NCBI GenBank assembly: GCA_030167865.1
Contig: JALAGF010003164.1
Span: 1 to 47,104, forward strand
DNA length: 47,104 nt
Reading direction: 5' to 3'
From: Craspedostauros australis
Taxonomy: Eukaryota
The position numbers and the translations under genes are program-made. A model generated the notes under the pieces. The model worked only from the letters and a program-made list of their open reading frames with translations. It searched no databases and was not told where the DNA came from. Each line of letters opens with the position of its first letter. Within the stretch, counting starts at the first letter, position 1. Of the stretch, positions 23,052 through 34,845 are shown one piece after another.

Positions 23052-25682
23052 TCACATCGTCAGAGACATGCCACCATCCAACACATCGGCCTGCTTCATC
23101 GGGCACTTGCGTCGGAACAGCGGAACATCCAAGCAGGGATGCTGGACCATCAGTTCGCACATCTCGTCGTCGAATGTGCTGTAGAATTCGTTCAGGTATT
23201 GCCGCGTCGTATCCAGCATGGCATCGTACGAGGCCTTGTTCATGGGATTCTTGTCGCGTCGTTTGCCAAAGGAGGCGGCTGCCGTTGTATTGGATTGCAG
23301 CGCGTACGTGTTCCGTGTCGCTTCCTCTGCGGCTGCCTTGTTGGGCATGCCCACAAAGTCATAGAGGCGTTCCACCTCAGTGCGCGGGTCGACGGAGACA
23401 TCGAAGAGATGGACCTGGGAGCATTGGAAGTGCGACAGCCACTCGGAGAAGACCTTGGAGTACATCGCTCGCGACAGCCAGCCGCCGGCCTGGACCATGT
23501 CGCTTGGCAGGCACTTGCGGTAGTTCGCGGCCGTGCATCCATTCTGCGTCCATGTGGCAATGACGCTGCGGATGTACGTGTCAAAGTGGGCCGGGCCCTT
23601 CTGGACGCCGTCGCTGTTGTTGTTGCTGCCTTGATTGCTTGCGCTGGCACTGTCTTGGGATGCGAAGACTCCGAAGTGGTTGTATGCCGAGTACGTGACG
23701 TCGACGGAATCGCGGACGGTGACAAGGAGATTTGCCTCCGGTTGCATGCGGCGGAAGACTTCCGGCAGCGACACACCACGGATCTTGTCAAAGCTGTGGT
23801 CCCAGATGTTCATCTCATCGAACAGCGGCTTCTCCTCCTCTGGGAAGTACGGAACCGCGGAGATGGCAGCATCTTCGTCGCTGCCACCGCCACCGACATC
23901 AGAACCACCAACTGTGGCAACAGCAACAGCAGGACCGGAACAGACACCGTTGGATACCTGACCGTTGAGCAAGGCGTAGTCATCGAAGCTGCATGTAGAC
24001 ACGACCCTCGTTTTTGGTTTGTGAAGGAAACTGGGTGTGTGCGGTGCGGCCGTCTTTGCCATCGCAGCGCACTTCTGTTCCTGCGTCTTGACGGTCTTCT
24101 CCGTCAGCCATCGCGTGGAATCCTCAATGTAGCCTGTGCTCGCCAGACCTGGATGTCCGCTCAAGTACCGCAGGATGGATTTGGTGCCGGCCTTGTGAAC
24201 ACCGACAACGTGGTACGATGGCAGGCAGCTGACGCTGCTGGATGGCGTGTCAAGCATGTCACCGTCGATGAAGCTTCCAGCAGCATGGTTGCACCAGCAG
24301 TGTCCGGTGCGCGATGCCTTGCCCTTGGCTGGGAGAGGGAAGGAGAATCGTTCCTGAACGGGCGGGATCTCACTCGCGAGGCCCTCCTCTTCGAGAAGGT
24401 CGAGCATCAAGGAGTACTTCTTTCCCGACGCGAAATGGGCGATGAAGTCACCATGCTGCCATTGTCCGTTCTCCTTCTTGTCCGCGCTGCTGAAGGTTTG
24501 CTCGCGTCGGAAGGAGTTCATGGTGCGCTTGGCAACGACGGTGACATGGGCGCCACGTTCCAGCTCCGTCTTTGGCGGCCACTGCAGCTCGTTCTGAGCA
24601 AGCAGCACGGACATCTGAAGCGGCTGGTCGATGAGGGTTCGGCCGAGGAAGCGGGTGTAGGCGTAGTTGGCGGTGAATATGTCGAAGCAATGCTGCAGCG
24701 ACCATTCGTTGCTCTTGAGGAGGAAGATTCCGTTGTTGATGCCGTGCACGTGCTTCCAGTTTCCACCACGTGTCACGATCAAGCTGGTGGTGTTGGATGG
24801 CTGGGTGGTGTGGATGAGGGAGGGCAAGGTGATGTCCATGTTGGTGAAGAGGGCGTCGGCATCCAGCATCATGACCCACTTGTAACCGCGTTGCACGGTC
24901 CATGCCAGGAGGAGGTACTTGAGCATCTTGGGGTGGATGCCATCGACGTTGGTGGACATTGGCAGGTAGTCGTAGCCGTGGGTGTTGGCGTAGTGCTGGT
25001 GGTTGCGCTTGGAGATGTCGCACAGATCCATTGCGACGCAGATGCTCACGATGGCGTACTCCGGCGAATCTCTGCCATGCAGGTTGTTCTGCCGTTGAAG
25101 CTGGGACGATCGTGCTTGGAGGGAGCGGCCGATCTCGGAATCGTCGAAGATGGTGCTTGCGAGCTTGAGGAATTCCGCGAGCGTGTCCGGTATGTACTCA
25201 CCCTGGAAGCCGGTTGGCAAGGGAACGACGGCCATAGGCTGGGCGATTTCGGTCTTCGTGCTGTAGGTCTTGCGCACGGTCTCGAAGGATCGAGCGGAGA
25301 TGGGAGTGCCGCCGAAGATGAGATCGCTCTGAGGAACAAGCGAGATGCCTGCGTCTGCTTTGCCAAGGTTCGCAGCATCATCCGGCCTGCGCTGTTGATC
25401 AATCTGAAGGGCATCGGCATCAGCCGCAGTCTCGTTGCTGATGGCGCCATCTTGGCAGCAGCTGGCCTGAATGTTGAGCGCCCTCGCACTGAGCGTGGGA
25501 TGCTGATTCAGAACGTGGTCGCTGGTGCCGATCGCGTTGATTCCTCGGAGGTCGTACTGTCCTGGCAGTGGGATCTTGCAGAGGATGGAGTTGGTGCGCA
25601 CAAGGTAAAGGATGCTGGCCACAGTTAACGATGCAAACATCAGTGGTCGGAAACCTCCGCTTTTCCTCGTCATATTGCTCAT
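23052..25682 (-). CDS. Type II membrane GT34 (GMA12/MNN10-like) glycosyltransferase fused to a PAPS-dependent sulfotransferase
   Basis: N-terminal hydrophobic anchor. GT34 motifs: NHQHYANTHGYDY, WVMMLDADA (DxD), INNGIFLLKSNEWS, WQHGDFIAHFA. Sulfotransferase motifs: 5'-PSB CLPSYHVVGVHKAGTKS and 3'-PB VTVRDSVDVTYSAYNHF. Single 876-aa ORF. Confidence 0.85.
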   Translation of the reverse strand: MSNMTRKSGGFRPLMFASLTVASILYLVRTNSILCKIPLPGQYDLRGINAIGTSDHVLNQHPTLSARALNIQASCCQDGAISNETAADADALQIDQQRRPDDAANLGKADAGISLVPQSDLIFGGTPISARSFETVRKTYSTKTEIAQPMAVVPLPTGFQGEYIPDTLAEFLKLASTIFDDSEIGRSLQARSSQLQRQNNLHGRDSPEYAIVSICVAMDLCDISKRNHQHYANTHGYDYLPMSTNVDGIHPKMLKYLLLAWTVQRGYKWVMMLDADALFTNMDITLPSLIHTTQPSNTTSLIVTRGGNWKHVHGINNGIFLLKSNEWSLQHCFDIFTANYAYTRFLGRTLIDQPLQMSVLLAQNELQWPPKTELERGAHVTVVAKRTMNSFRREQTFSSADKKENGQWQHGDFIAHFASGKKYSLMLDLLEEEGLASEIPPVQERFSFPLPAKGKASRTGHCWCNHAAGSFIDGDMLDTPSSSVSCLPSYHVVGVHKAGTKSILRYLSGHPGLASTGYIEDSTRWLTEKTVKTQEQKCAAMAKTAAPHTPSFLHKPKTRVVSTCSFDDYALLNGQVSNGVCSGPAVAVATVGGSDVGGGGSDEDAAISAVPYFPEEEKPLFDEMNIWDHSFDKIRGVSLPEVFRRMQPEANLLVTVRDSVDVTYSAYNHFGVFASQDSASASNQGSNNNSDGVQKGPAHFDTYIRSVIATWTQNGCTAANYRKCLPSDMVQAGGWLSRAMYSKVFSEWLSHFQCSQVHLFDVSVDPRTEVERLYDFVGMPNKAAAEEATRNTYALQSNTTAAASFGKRRDKNPMNKASYDAMLDTTRQYLNEFYSTFDDEMCELMVQHPCLDVPLFRRKCPMKQADVLDGGMSLTM

Positions 25683-25699
25683 GTGTGTGGATGCTTTGT

Positions 25700-25771
25700 G
25701 TGGTGCTCAGCGTGGTGCTCAGCGTGGTGCTCAGCGTGGTGCTCAGCGTGATGCTCAGTGTGGTGCTCACT
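25700..25771. repeat. 12-nt minisatellite (GTGGTGCTCAGC) x6, last two degenerate
   Basis: Directly visible, about 18 nt upstream of the GT34-sulfotransferase ATG. Confidence 0.9.
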
Positions 25772-27453
25772 GCGATGGTGAGAGTGTTTGGCGGTGCCTT
25801 TCGTTGCAATGTCCTTTCCAGAAATTGTGAGGAGGATGTGCGCGAACGAGCGTCAGGAGCGACAGGTGGGTACAACCATCCCACCAACTCATCAGCGCCA
25901 AAGGGGTATCGTGTGGTGACTCGTGCCAACGGATGGACGGGAGGGACTGATCATTGTGCCGATTGCCATCCCCGCTACTGTACTGCACTCGTGCGAGTAC
26001 GGCGATTGGCACCAGTATCGTGTGCGCACTCGCATTGCGTTCCGTCGCGTTGCGTTGCAGCATAGTAGTAGTAGTAGTGGGTCATACTCAATGCGTGGAC
26101 AGCCTGTGTGGGATTCACCGCGATGTCGGTACTGGTGTGATTTGCAGCCAGGATGAATGCCCGATTCGGCTTCCTCCTTGTTCGCGATCGCATCTGCGCG
26201 CTGGAAAAGATTCATTGCGCACTCCGACTCTGTTCCATCAAATTTCAGCCACCACGCCGGCCACGCCCAACGGACGGAGCAGCGGGGAAATAAAATATCC
26301 ATATTAATGTCTCCTTTTCTTCCAAAGGGAACAATGGATCCAAGTTCTTTGCTTCATGTCACCCCAACCCCAACTTCGGTTTCAGTTCTATTCGTACTTT
26401 GCTGCGTGACTCTGCTTCCTTCCCACCCTCTGGTCGTTGCTCCTCTTTGCCATGGTGCATCATCATTCTCAACTTATGTTGCCATTGCGATTCGTCCAAC
26501 ACCCATGTGGTTCTCAAACATGTGCTGGCTGTGCGTTTTGCGGTGTGCAGTGTGCATTTCACATATTGCAAAGTGGCAGAGTAGAACAGTGGTCTCTGCC
26601 TTGTGTGTCCTTTTCCTATCTACACTACCTGCATCCTCCTGAGATGCAAAATCCGTGTTGCGTTTGCTTAGCTTGCACCATCACTATTGATGCATGCGCC
26701 TGTGTTGATAATCAGCAATTACACACAGGACAAGAAGGGGAGCACCAAACACTGCACTTACTACGCCGCCAGGGTGATCAAGCCAAGAGGTGGAGTTGGT
26801 GTGTTTGGTGTTGTTGTTGTTGCTATTAGTTGGTGTGTCAATTGATGATTGAGTGTGAATTATGAGATGATGATCTCCTATTTCTAATGATGGTGCCTAA
26901 TGCACGGTTGCTAACGTGCTGCTCGATTACCTCGTGGTTTATCTCGCAGTCTTTCCTAAAACATTGCCCAAGATGGCATGTTGATTTACACGATATCCCG
27001 TGTTATTCTCGCCCTTGGGTCTTTCTCAATCTCTCCTGGTCTTGCCTAATCTTGATCTCTGTTTGATCATATATGGATTGATCCGTCTACGTCGACAAGG
27101 TGCATGCATCACCTCTGACGATGTTGTTCTGGATCCTAAGTATTGTTGCCACGTGCTCGATGATGCACTNGGCATGGCTAGACAGNTCAGNGTACCATGA
27201 CTAAAACATAATCTCGATTCCGAGGATCACAATGACCGATCCTCTGACGTCATACGATGATGTCAGTGCCTACGTCAGGTTCGATGACAGTAGTGACTGA
27301 ATCTCAATCGTGTATCAAGACTCACTCGACTATACTCTCAAAATCGAGTCGAATCAAAATAATGAATCACGTTTCAGTCATGGGAGATGGGTACCTAATT
27401 TCGATCTAGATGTTGATATGTGTCGTCGCTGCATCACAAGAGCCATAGAGACG

Positions 27454-28760
27454 ATGACGACAAAAGTTCGAAAGAAACGGAATGATTTGTCAGCAGATCA
27501 AAAGGTAGAGATACTTGCAATGCTCACGTTGTTGCAAATCAACGGCCTCATGGCAGCAGGTGTCATCAATCGAATTGTCAAGGAGTATGATATCTCATGA
27601 GTCGTCTTGAAGGCTCTTGCAACAGTTGCACGAAGCATGAAAGCAGGTCAATCCATCTGTTCGTCGGTCTTGTTTCCACAGAAAAGCAAGTGTGGCCGAC
27701 TGCGCAAATGGGATCGCGACAAGCTGAAGCACAAGTTGCTCAAGCTCAGCAGCCAAGATGCATCGACCATTCACTCAGAAGCTGCTGCTGTTGGCGTGCC
27801 ATCCTCCACCCTCCACGACATGAAGATTGTCCAGAAGCGCACCCTCAAGAACAAGTTTGGATTATCAGATGTTCACAAAGCAAATCATCTGCAGTTCTGT
27901 CTTGGCCACATCGCTGATGATGGCAAGTTCCAGAGCTTGGACAATATTGCACATGTGGACAAGAAGTGATTCTTTCTGCACAAGCCATCTTCAGGCAGAT
28001 GGTGCATGACCAGAGAGGCTCCACTGTAACATTATGGCAATACCTCCACCACAACCGCCCAAAAGATGATGTTCCTTGCTGCTGTTGCAAAACTGCACAT
28101 GGATCCCATGCCTGGAGAGTGATTTGATGGGAAGATCGGTTGCTGGCCGATCGGAGAAGAGAAAGCAGCTCTACGAACCTCCAAGAATCGCGAAAAGGTA
28201 CCCTGCTTTGGCATTCGACATCAGTCACAAAAGAGACATACACCGACCTGTTGTTAGACAAGGCTGTTCCTGCTATTCTGGAGAAGTTTCCAGCTGGCCA
28301 ATATTCGGTACATATCCAGCAAGATGGTGCCTCGTCTCATTTGCCTGGGAAGGACTTTGCGACCATCTGGGAATCTCACAAGGCGTTCTTTGTTGACACA
28401 TACAACAAAGAATGGGGGGACAGGTCAATCGAGCTCGTCACCCAGCCTGCGAAGAGTCCTGACCTGAATGTGTTTGACCTGGGCTTGTTCTGCAGCTTGC
28501 AATCTATCCAATTGCAGGTTCAAACCATGACCGTTGATCACCTCATTGCGCACATGGAGGAAGGGTTTGACGCATATGAATCCTCCACACTCATGCGAGT
28601 CTTTGTGAGTCTCCAAACCATGATGAATCAAATCATCGAACATGAAGGAGACAACAACTGCGAAATCCCACACATGAAGAAAGAGCAATTGGAGAAGCAG
28701 GTGCTGCTTCCAGACCGCATGGAGGCAACACCCAGGGCGCTTGAGATCAAGCAACCGTAC
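27454..28760 (+). mobile_element. Decayed Tc1/mariner transposase of the plant-mariner (DD39D-like) type
   Basis: Motifs HVDKK*FFL, KMMFLAAVAK, FDGKIGCWP, SKNR, PAILEKFP, IQQDGASSH, QPAKSPDLNVFDLGLF, IPHMKKEQLE. In-frame stops at 27598, 27967, 28027 and 28120; frameshift near 28195. No TIR pair identified. Confidence 0.9.
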
Positions 28761-29008
28761 ATGCATCGTCCCATATTTGACCCACCATCTGTGGCTTTGC
28801 ATCGCACACCTGCGCACCAGGCAGGACGGCCACGGACACAACACAACAGAATCCTCTACCCGAGATCACAACTTGCGCAAAAACAGTAGCCACAACAAAA
28901 AGCCCACTGGAGGCAGCAATCAATGAAGTGGCAGTAGCAAACAGAAGCAGCAGTGCAAGAAGCAGCAGTATCCATCCTATGGCAGCCACTGCAACAACCA
29001 CAAGCATT

Positions 29009-29584
29009 CTACTGGCAACCACCACAAGCAGCAAACAACAGAGGTTCCATGTAGAACAAAAGAACAAGGAGAATAGCAGCAATAGTGATGTTTCCTGAGA
29101 TACACGCATGGACCAGCGCATCAATGTTATTGGTATCAGAGAGGTTGATGCCACAGTCATGGTTGGACGCAAGGTACAAGGCAACCTTGGTCAGTCCATT
29201 GCAGCACATGATGTGGATGGACAAGAAGCCATCATGAGAGGGCAGGAGTAGATTGCTGCCAGGGTTGAACACAAGGTATTGGACAATATCCAACTTAGTA
29301 CATTGACAGGTGAAGCAGAGAGCACTCATCCCATCTTTGGAAAGGGCATCTATATCACCACTGCGTTGTTCAACCAGGAATCGAACGACATTGAGCATGC
29401 CAGAGCAACATGCCCTCTGGAACAAGGATCTGCCACTGCTGTTGACAAGTTGGTTGACATCAGGGTCACCTGCATGTTTCAGATGGTCCTCTAGCAATGG
29501 AACAACTCCCACAGTGACCACGTGGAACAATGCATCTTTTGTGTGGCAGGAGGAAGGGCATGGCAGGCCTTGTGTTTTGGACAT
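29009..29584 (-). pseudogene. Degenerate ankyrin-repeat coding sequence
   Basis: About 4 ankyrin-like units (GRSLFQRACCSGMLNVVRFLV, GMSALCFTC..KLDIVQYLV, GFLSIHIMCCNG, ALVHACISGN) with eroded TPLH motifs, inside a CpG-poor tract. Confidence 0.65.
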
Positions 29585-31332
29585 GGTAGAAGCAGCACAA
29601 TGAATACAGGGGTCAAACTCTGCTGTTGTGGATACAGAAGGGTTCAGAAATAAATCAAGAACAGCTCACACATGGTTGACAGCAAAAGCACATGCAGGCA
29701 CAGCCAAAGCCAGCACCAATGCCAATGCCAGTGACAAGCACAGCAACAATGGCGATAGTGATGATGGTGAGCAATCAAGACAATGCGGTCAGGATCATGG
29801 ATTGACATACAGCAAGTAAGTTCAGCAATCAGATGAATCCAATGCAGAATCACTGCATGTCATGAACAGCACCACTTCAAAGACAGACAGCAACCCATCA
29901 ACACATGCACTGGCTTACGAGAGGCTTGGATTGAATGCAACTCTGAATGATGAGCATGGAGGGACAAAGAGAGAGAGAGAGAGAGGAAGACATAGGCATG
30001 CAAACTTGAGAGCAGTATTCCAAGCAGCAACAAAGGGAACGATGCAAGAACAGTGACCAGCAACTACAAGATGAATCAACACAGACACAACAAGATGCCA
30101 ATGGAGATGGATAGGAAAGCATCAGAATGCCAAGAGCAACCTGTTTGGTGGAAGTGCCAGAAAGGCACATGAGCACGTTGTCGAATGAGTGGACTAGAGT
30201 GCATGCCCAGTGCGCGAAGTTCACCCAAGTTCACCCCAGGTCGTGATTGTGTGTGGACCGATTTGCTGCAAAGCATAAGATCATGTGAGTGAAGGAGAAC
30301 ATGCCAGGAGATGACACAGACAACCATGAAATGGGGGTTGGACACAACCATAGTACCAACGACGATGGTATTGCACAAAATCTACGATCTCTACAAATAC
30401 CATCAGGGTCCTTCAGACGTTCTTCTTTTTTCGGCGAGAACTTGATTGCGTGAATTGGAATTTCTGCCGCAGCTTCCCGCATTGGCGGAACGACATGAGA
30501 CAGACCAGGGTCTCGCACTTCTGGAGCCAACCGCGGAAGCGCTTTTCCAGCAGGTCATTGTCTGCGTCGCTCTTCAACTTTCGCGCCTCTCGTCGGAACC
30601 AAGTGTGATACGACCTGCTCCGCCATCATCCGAATCCTTCAATTCCTGTTGGTGAACGTGTGGGCGATCCCCCAACATCGCCACCATTCGTGTGATTTGT
30701 GAAATTGAAGAGAGCGGGTACCGGAGAGCACCACTCGTGCAACCTACTGAAGTCGTATGCAGGGTACCATCCATCTCACTCACTCGGACGACCTACTAAA
30801 GTCGTATGCATGGAAATCCCGCCAGTACCGACCCAACATCCGCCCAAATCATCCAATCTCTTCACACATCAACTTCTATGCTATAATTAAGGAAAGCGCG
30901 TCACGATATCCTGCATGGAGGCGTGTTCGAGCGTGGTAGAACAAGATTAGCTGGCTGGACTAAGAGAGGATTGATCGAGGAGGTGCCGATTGCATGGCTT
31001 CGAATCTCTCTATCTTTCACTGTTGGCGATACTATCACCGTCATCACCATCGCTGGAACATTCTGAGCTTCGTCACGAAGCATAGTGGAGTATTCCAGTG
31101 TGCAGGCACTCTGTACTCGTCGAGAGAGAACCCTCTCTTCCCTTCCCAGCGCGAATGAACATCACGAACTGAATCCTGTTTGTCCTTGAGTGTTTGCAAG
31201 TGTACGACTATGGTACACGCATGGAATTATATGAGATGCCAGAGAGTGACCCAGTGCTCCATAGCTCGTACAGAGTGCACAATACCTCCATGCGTACGAC
31301 TAGGAGTACAAGCTACGTATCTGCCCACCGCC

Positions 31333-32532
31333 CTACTTGCCAAATTGCTTGGCCACGAATTGGCGGAAGGCTTGATCGTCACGCGTCGATCGACGACGAT
31401 ATCCACCGCGACCCCCGCCCCGACCTCCATTGTGCGGCCTCGATCCCGACCTCGAGTTGGATGCATCGCCACCGGCCTTGCCATCCGCACCGTCCTTCTT
31501 GGACGCCATCATGGCCTCGAATCCGACGCGGTCATCATCGACGTTGTCATTCTGCTTGGCGGCCTCCTCCTCCGCGCGTTCGTTCAGCACGCGCTCGCGT
31601 TCGGCGCGGAAGTCCGCTGTGGCACTGCGCGATCCCGTCGTCATGCCGCGGCTCTGCGCGATGCCGCTGGACGTGGCGTTGAACTTGGTGGGCAGCAGCG
31701 ACCCGGTGTTCATGTTGAGCGGCTTGCTCATATCAGATGACAGCGACGGAATGGCAGAAGACGAATTCTCCGACTTTCCGAAGCGATGGCGTCGCAGACG
31801 CAGCGTGTCGCTGCCACCCTCGCGCCGTTGTGGCTTGCCGCCCCTGTGGCGATTGTGGGCGCGTCCGCCGGGACCCTGGCCCATGGTTGGCGGGAGCTCC
31901 ACTTCGGCGATGCCCGTGTTGCCGCCCACCAGCACGGATGAGGAGCCTTGGTCAGGATCCAGCGTGGAGTTGAGCGCCGACGAGTCATCGGCTGACGTCG
32001 CCTGGACCTGATCCGCCAGCTCCTGATACAGCCTGCTCTCCTCGTCCTTGATGCTGGCACCCGTGGTCTTCTGAGCAGCCGCGCTGGCATCGGCTTTGGA
32101 GGCAGCATTGGCGCCTCCCATCTGGTCGTCGATGTACTCCTGCATCGCCTCCTGGTGCTTCTTGCCCAAGGCCGACAGCTCGGGGCCGTCCTTGCCCGTC
32201 GACAGTCCCGACCGCTGCTGGTCGTTGGCACTGCCGCCCTTTCCACCATTGTCATCGTCGCCATCGCCATCCTTGCCGCGCGTGGCCCTTCTGCCAGAAC
32301 CGCGCCCGACTCCATCCGCCGTGGTCGACGCCAAAGGAATGCTCGACAGCAGCTTCTGCTTCTTCTTCGTCCTCTGGATGGCCTGCAGCACGCTGCCGCC
32401 TGCCGATGCGGAAGTCGGCTCCCCCTGATCCCCCGCGACTGTCACGGTTGCGCCGTTCTCCTCCTCGTCATCGTCGTCGGTCCTGCGCTTTCGCACGGCC
32501 GCTTTCTTCACATTCTTCCTCTTCTTGAACAT
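31333..32532 (-). CDS. C9orf78/Tls1-like spliceosome-associated protein (HCA59 family)
   Basis: Basic NLS-like N-terminus (FKKRKN..RKRR), AMQEYIDDQM, RLYQEL, TGIAEVELP and C-terminal STRDDQAFRQF, matching the order of family blocks MxxYIE, GIPEVDL and ATDD..F. Confidence 0.75.
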   Translation of the reverse strand: MFKKRKNVKKAAVRKRRTDDDDEEENGATVTVAGDQGEPTSASAGGSVLQAIQRTKKKQKLLSSIPLASTTADGVGRGSGRRATRGKDGDGDDDNGGKGGSANDQQRSGLSTGKDGPELSALGKKHQEAMQEYIDDQMGGANAASKADASAAAQKTTGASIKDEESRLYQELADQVQATSADDSSALNSTLDPDQGSSSVLVGGNTGIAEVELPPTMGQGPGGRAHNRHRGGKPQRREGGSDTLRLRRHRFGKSENSSSAIPSLSSDMSKPLNMNTGSLLPTKFNATSSGIAQSRGMTTGSRSATADFRAERERVLNERAEEEAAKQNDNVDDDRVGFEAMMASKKDGADGKAGGDASNSRSGSRPHNGGRGGGRGGYRRRSTRDDQAFRQFVAKQFGK

Positions 32533-34845
32533 CTTGCTGTTGTTTCTGCTGCTGCTGCTGCTGTTGTTATCGCTGCGGTATAGTATGCTGTGTCAAGATC
32601 GTCCAAGTGCAAGAGCATCGGTGCCGGGGACACCGCTGAGGTTGTTGGAGGCAACAAGAAAGAAAAAGTGTGAGCATGGATGATGTTGATGGGGTTTGCT
32701 TTCTCTTTGGTTGGTTCGGCAACTGCGTCTTGCAGGCGTCCGTAGTCCAATACCGAGAAAATCCAAGGTACATCCAAAGTCTCGAACAACAACACGATCG
32801 ATACGAATTGAGATGAGAGCTCCCGCTCGTGTTCATGTTACAGACCTCGCATATCCCGCTTGGCTTCAATGTGTACATCATATATTATACACGTCCTTCG
32901 TACGGGTTTTCCAAACGCTTCGCGGTTTTTCTTGTGGTGGGAATCCAACAGCCAAAATCTTCGAGCGCCCACAAGGCTTCTCTTGTGGACGTTCGGAGGA
33001 GCCAAAATCATCTTCACGCAAGGAACGAGCCCGTGAGCAGAAAGCGATGACACAAACAGCTCCCGTTCGAGCCACCTCCATGGAGACTTGCACCACATCG
33101 AGTGCAATGGCAGAGTCGGGAGGATTGTACCTCGTCTCCATTCTCTGGAGAGGCAGAGAGCGCTCCTCCTACGCTCCCAGTTCCTCTATCGCCGTTATTG
33201 AAAGGGTACCGTCTCGGTGAGGCGCATCAATTGGGAGACGGCTCGGTGATGGGCCCTCAACTCCCTTTCTCTCTCTTCCGTTCTTTGGTGGGACCGGCGG
33301 GGTGGCGGCGCACGAGTGCTTGCTTGCAAGCAAGAGTGGAACGGCGGCGCTATCTCTGAAGTTTGCCGGCGAAGCCTTATCCTTCGTTCCGTCACAACAT
33401 CATGGAGCGGCCACCGGCCTCTTGTGCCCTTGCGCGTTTACTGCAACTGCACCATACGATAATAGTGGTAGCACACCATTGTTCGTGCACATGTGATCGG
33501 AGGCTTGTTTCATGTGTTTCTCGCAACTGAATGGAGGGTCTCACGTCTCCCAAGATTGCGTGTGTGCAAATGCATACCACGGCTCATAGAGCACACCGCA
33601 AGGTGACTCCCTGATTCCGTTCCTTCGGTGAGGGCCATTGAACATCCTCGGGCAGTATTGCCTTCTCCGTCTTCATCACTGTTCTCTACTCCGTCCTAAT
33701 GTTCCCTTCTTCATCTCGTTGCGCTTCTCTTCTCTGCACGCCGTGGTAATGGCACGATCCACTCGTGTTGCCATCTCGCCCTTGTTGGCATGGCGGCATG
33801 TCGATCCGACGGCATGGGCCAACAGTTGACACTCAACGATGCAAGGACTCAAACGAACATCACTGGATCCAACCTGTTCCAATGCCAAACCTGCACCAAC
33901 CGCATTGTAAAACCCAACATGTGCGCGTTGACATTGAGGAAGGAACGTCCGAGACCACATGCGCGACGTTGATTGCGCACACATCTGGTGGGAAGACATG
34001 AGTGTAGTGCTCTATGGCAGAGTACAAGTGCACCAATCCACGAAGGGGGCTTTCGGCGCAGATGTCATACCCACAAACCATGCAGATCATGCAGATCGCA
34101 CGCAGGGATCGCAAAGACTGATGGAGATGCCTTGGGAAGTCTCCTTCGTGGGATTTGACAATAATCAGGAAGCCAGGCGGAAGTGGACGAAAGGAACAGC
34201 CAAGGGCGGGAACACAACCGCGAGATTGAACACAGTCCGTGCTCCCTTGCATGGGTGGGCAAAGACAAAGTCATCAACACTGCCCTCACACAACACGCCT
34301 CACATTTAGCAGCTCGTACCACACCGACGACCCAATGCAACGCATCACATTGTAAGCTCAACCCAACGCAATCCAACCCAACCCAACGCAGCTCGGGTGG
34401 AGCAAACAACGACGGCGAAAAGGACAAAAACCGCACTCCATCTTGTATCACACCCAATACGAGGACTCCCAAGAGGACTTCCTTGTGCATTTCCAAGAGA
34501 TTGTGACAACCTCATCAGTCGCCCTTCCGGAAAGAACAATCAAATTCATTTGAAGTGGCGAGGAGCGTGTTCGGGTGCCCCTGGGTCGTTCACATCCCAT
34601 AACTGCGCACTTGTTACACCACGGGCTGCAAGCACAGTGGCGGCGGAGCAACCTTGTGGCCGCGCCCATCTCATCAACTCCAACCACACTCAACTGCCTT
34701 CAACCACCTTCAACCCAGTGACGGCGAAGCTCACAAGACAAAAGCAACAACTCCGAAGTCGCCACCACACATACTTGTGCCGCTCTACCAACAACCTATA
34801 ATACAAGCATCATAGTTCAGCAATTGCATCTGCGACAACACCAGG

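Noticed and set aside
22944-25628. 894-aa plus-strand ORF
   Set aside because: Antisense shadow of the GT34-sulfotransferase gene; no motifs, and expected from the codon bias of the real gene.
27385-27412. Left TIR of the mariner element (TACCTAATTTCGATCTAGA)
   Set aside because: No inverted partner found downstream of the transposase, so it cannot be supported.
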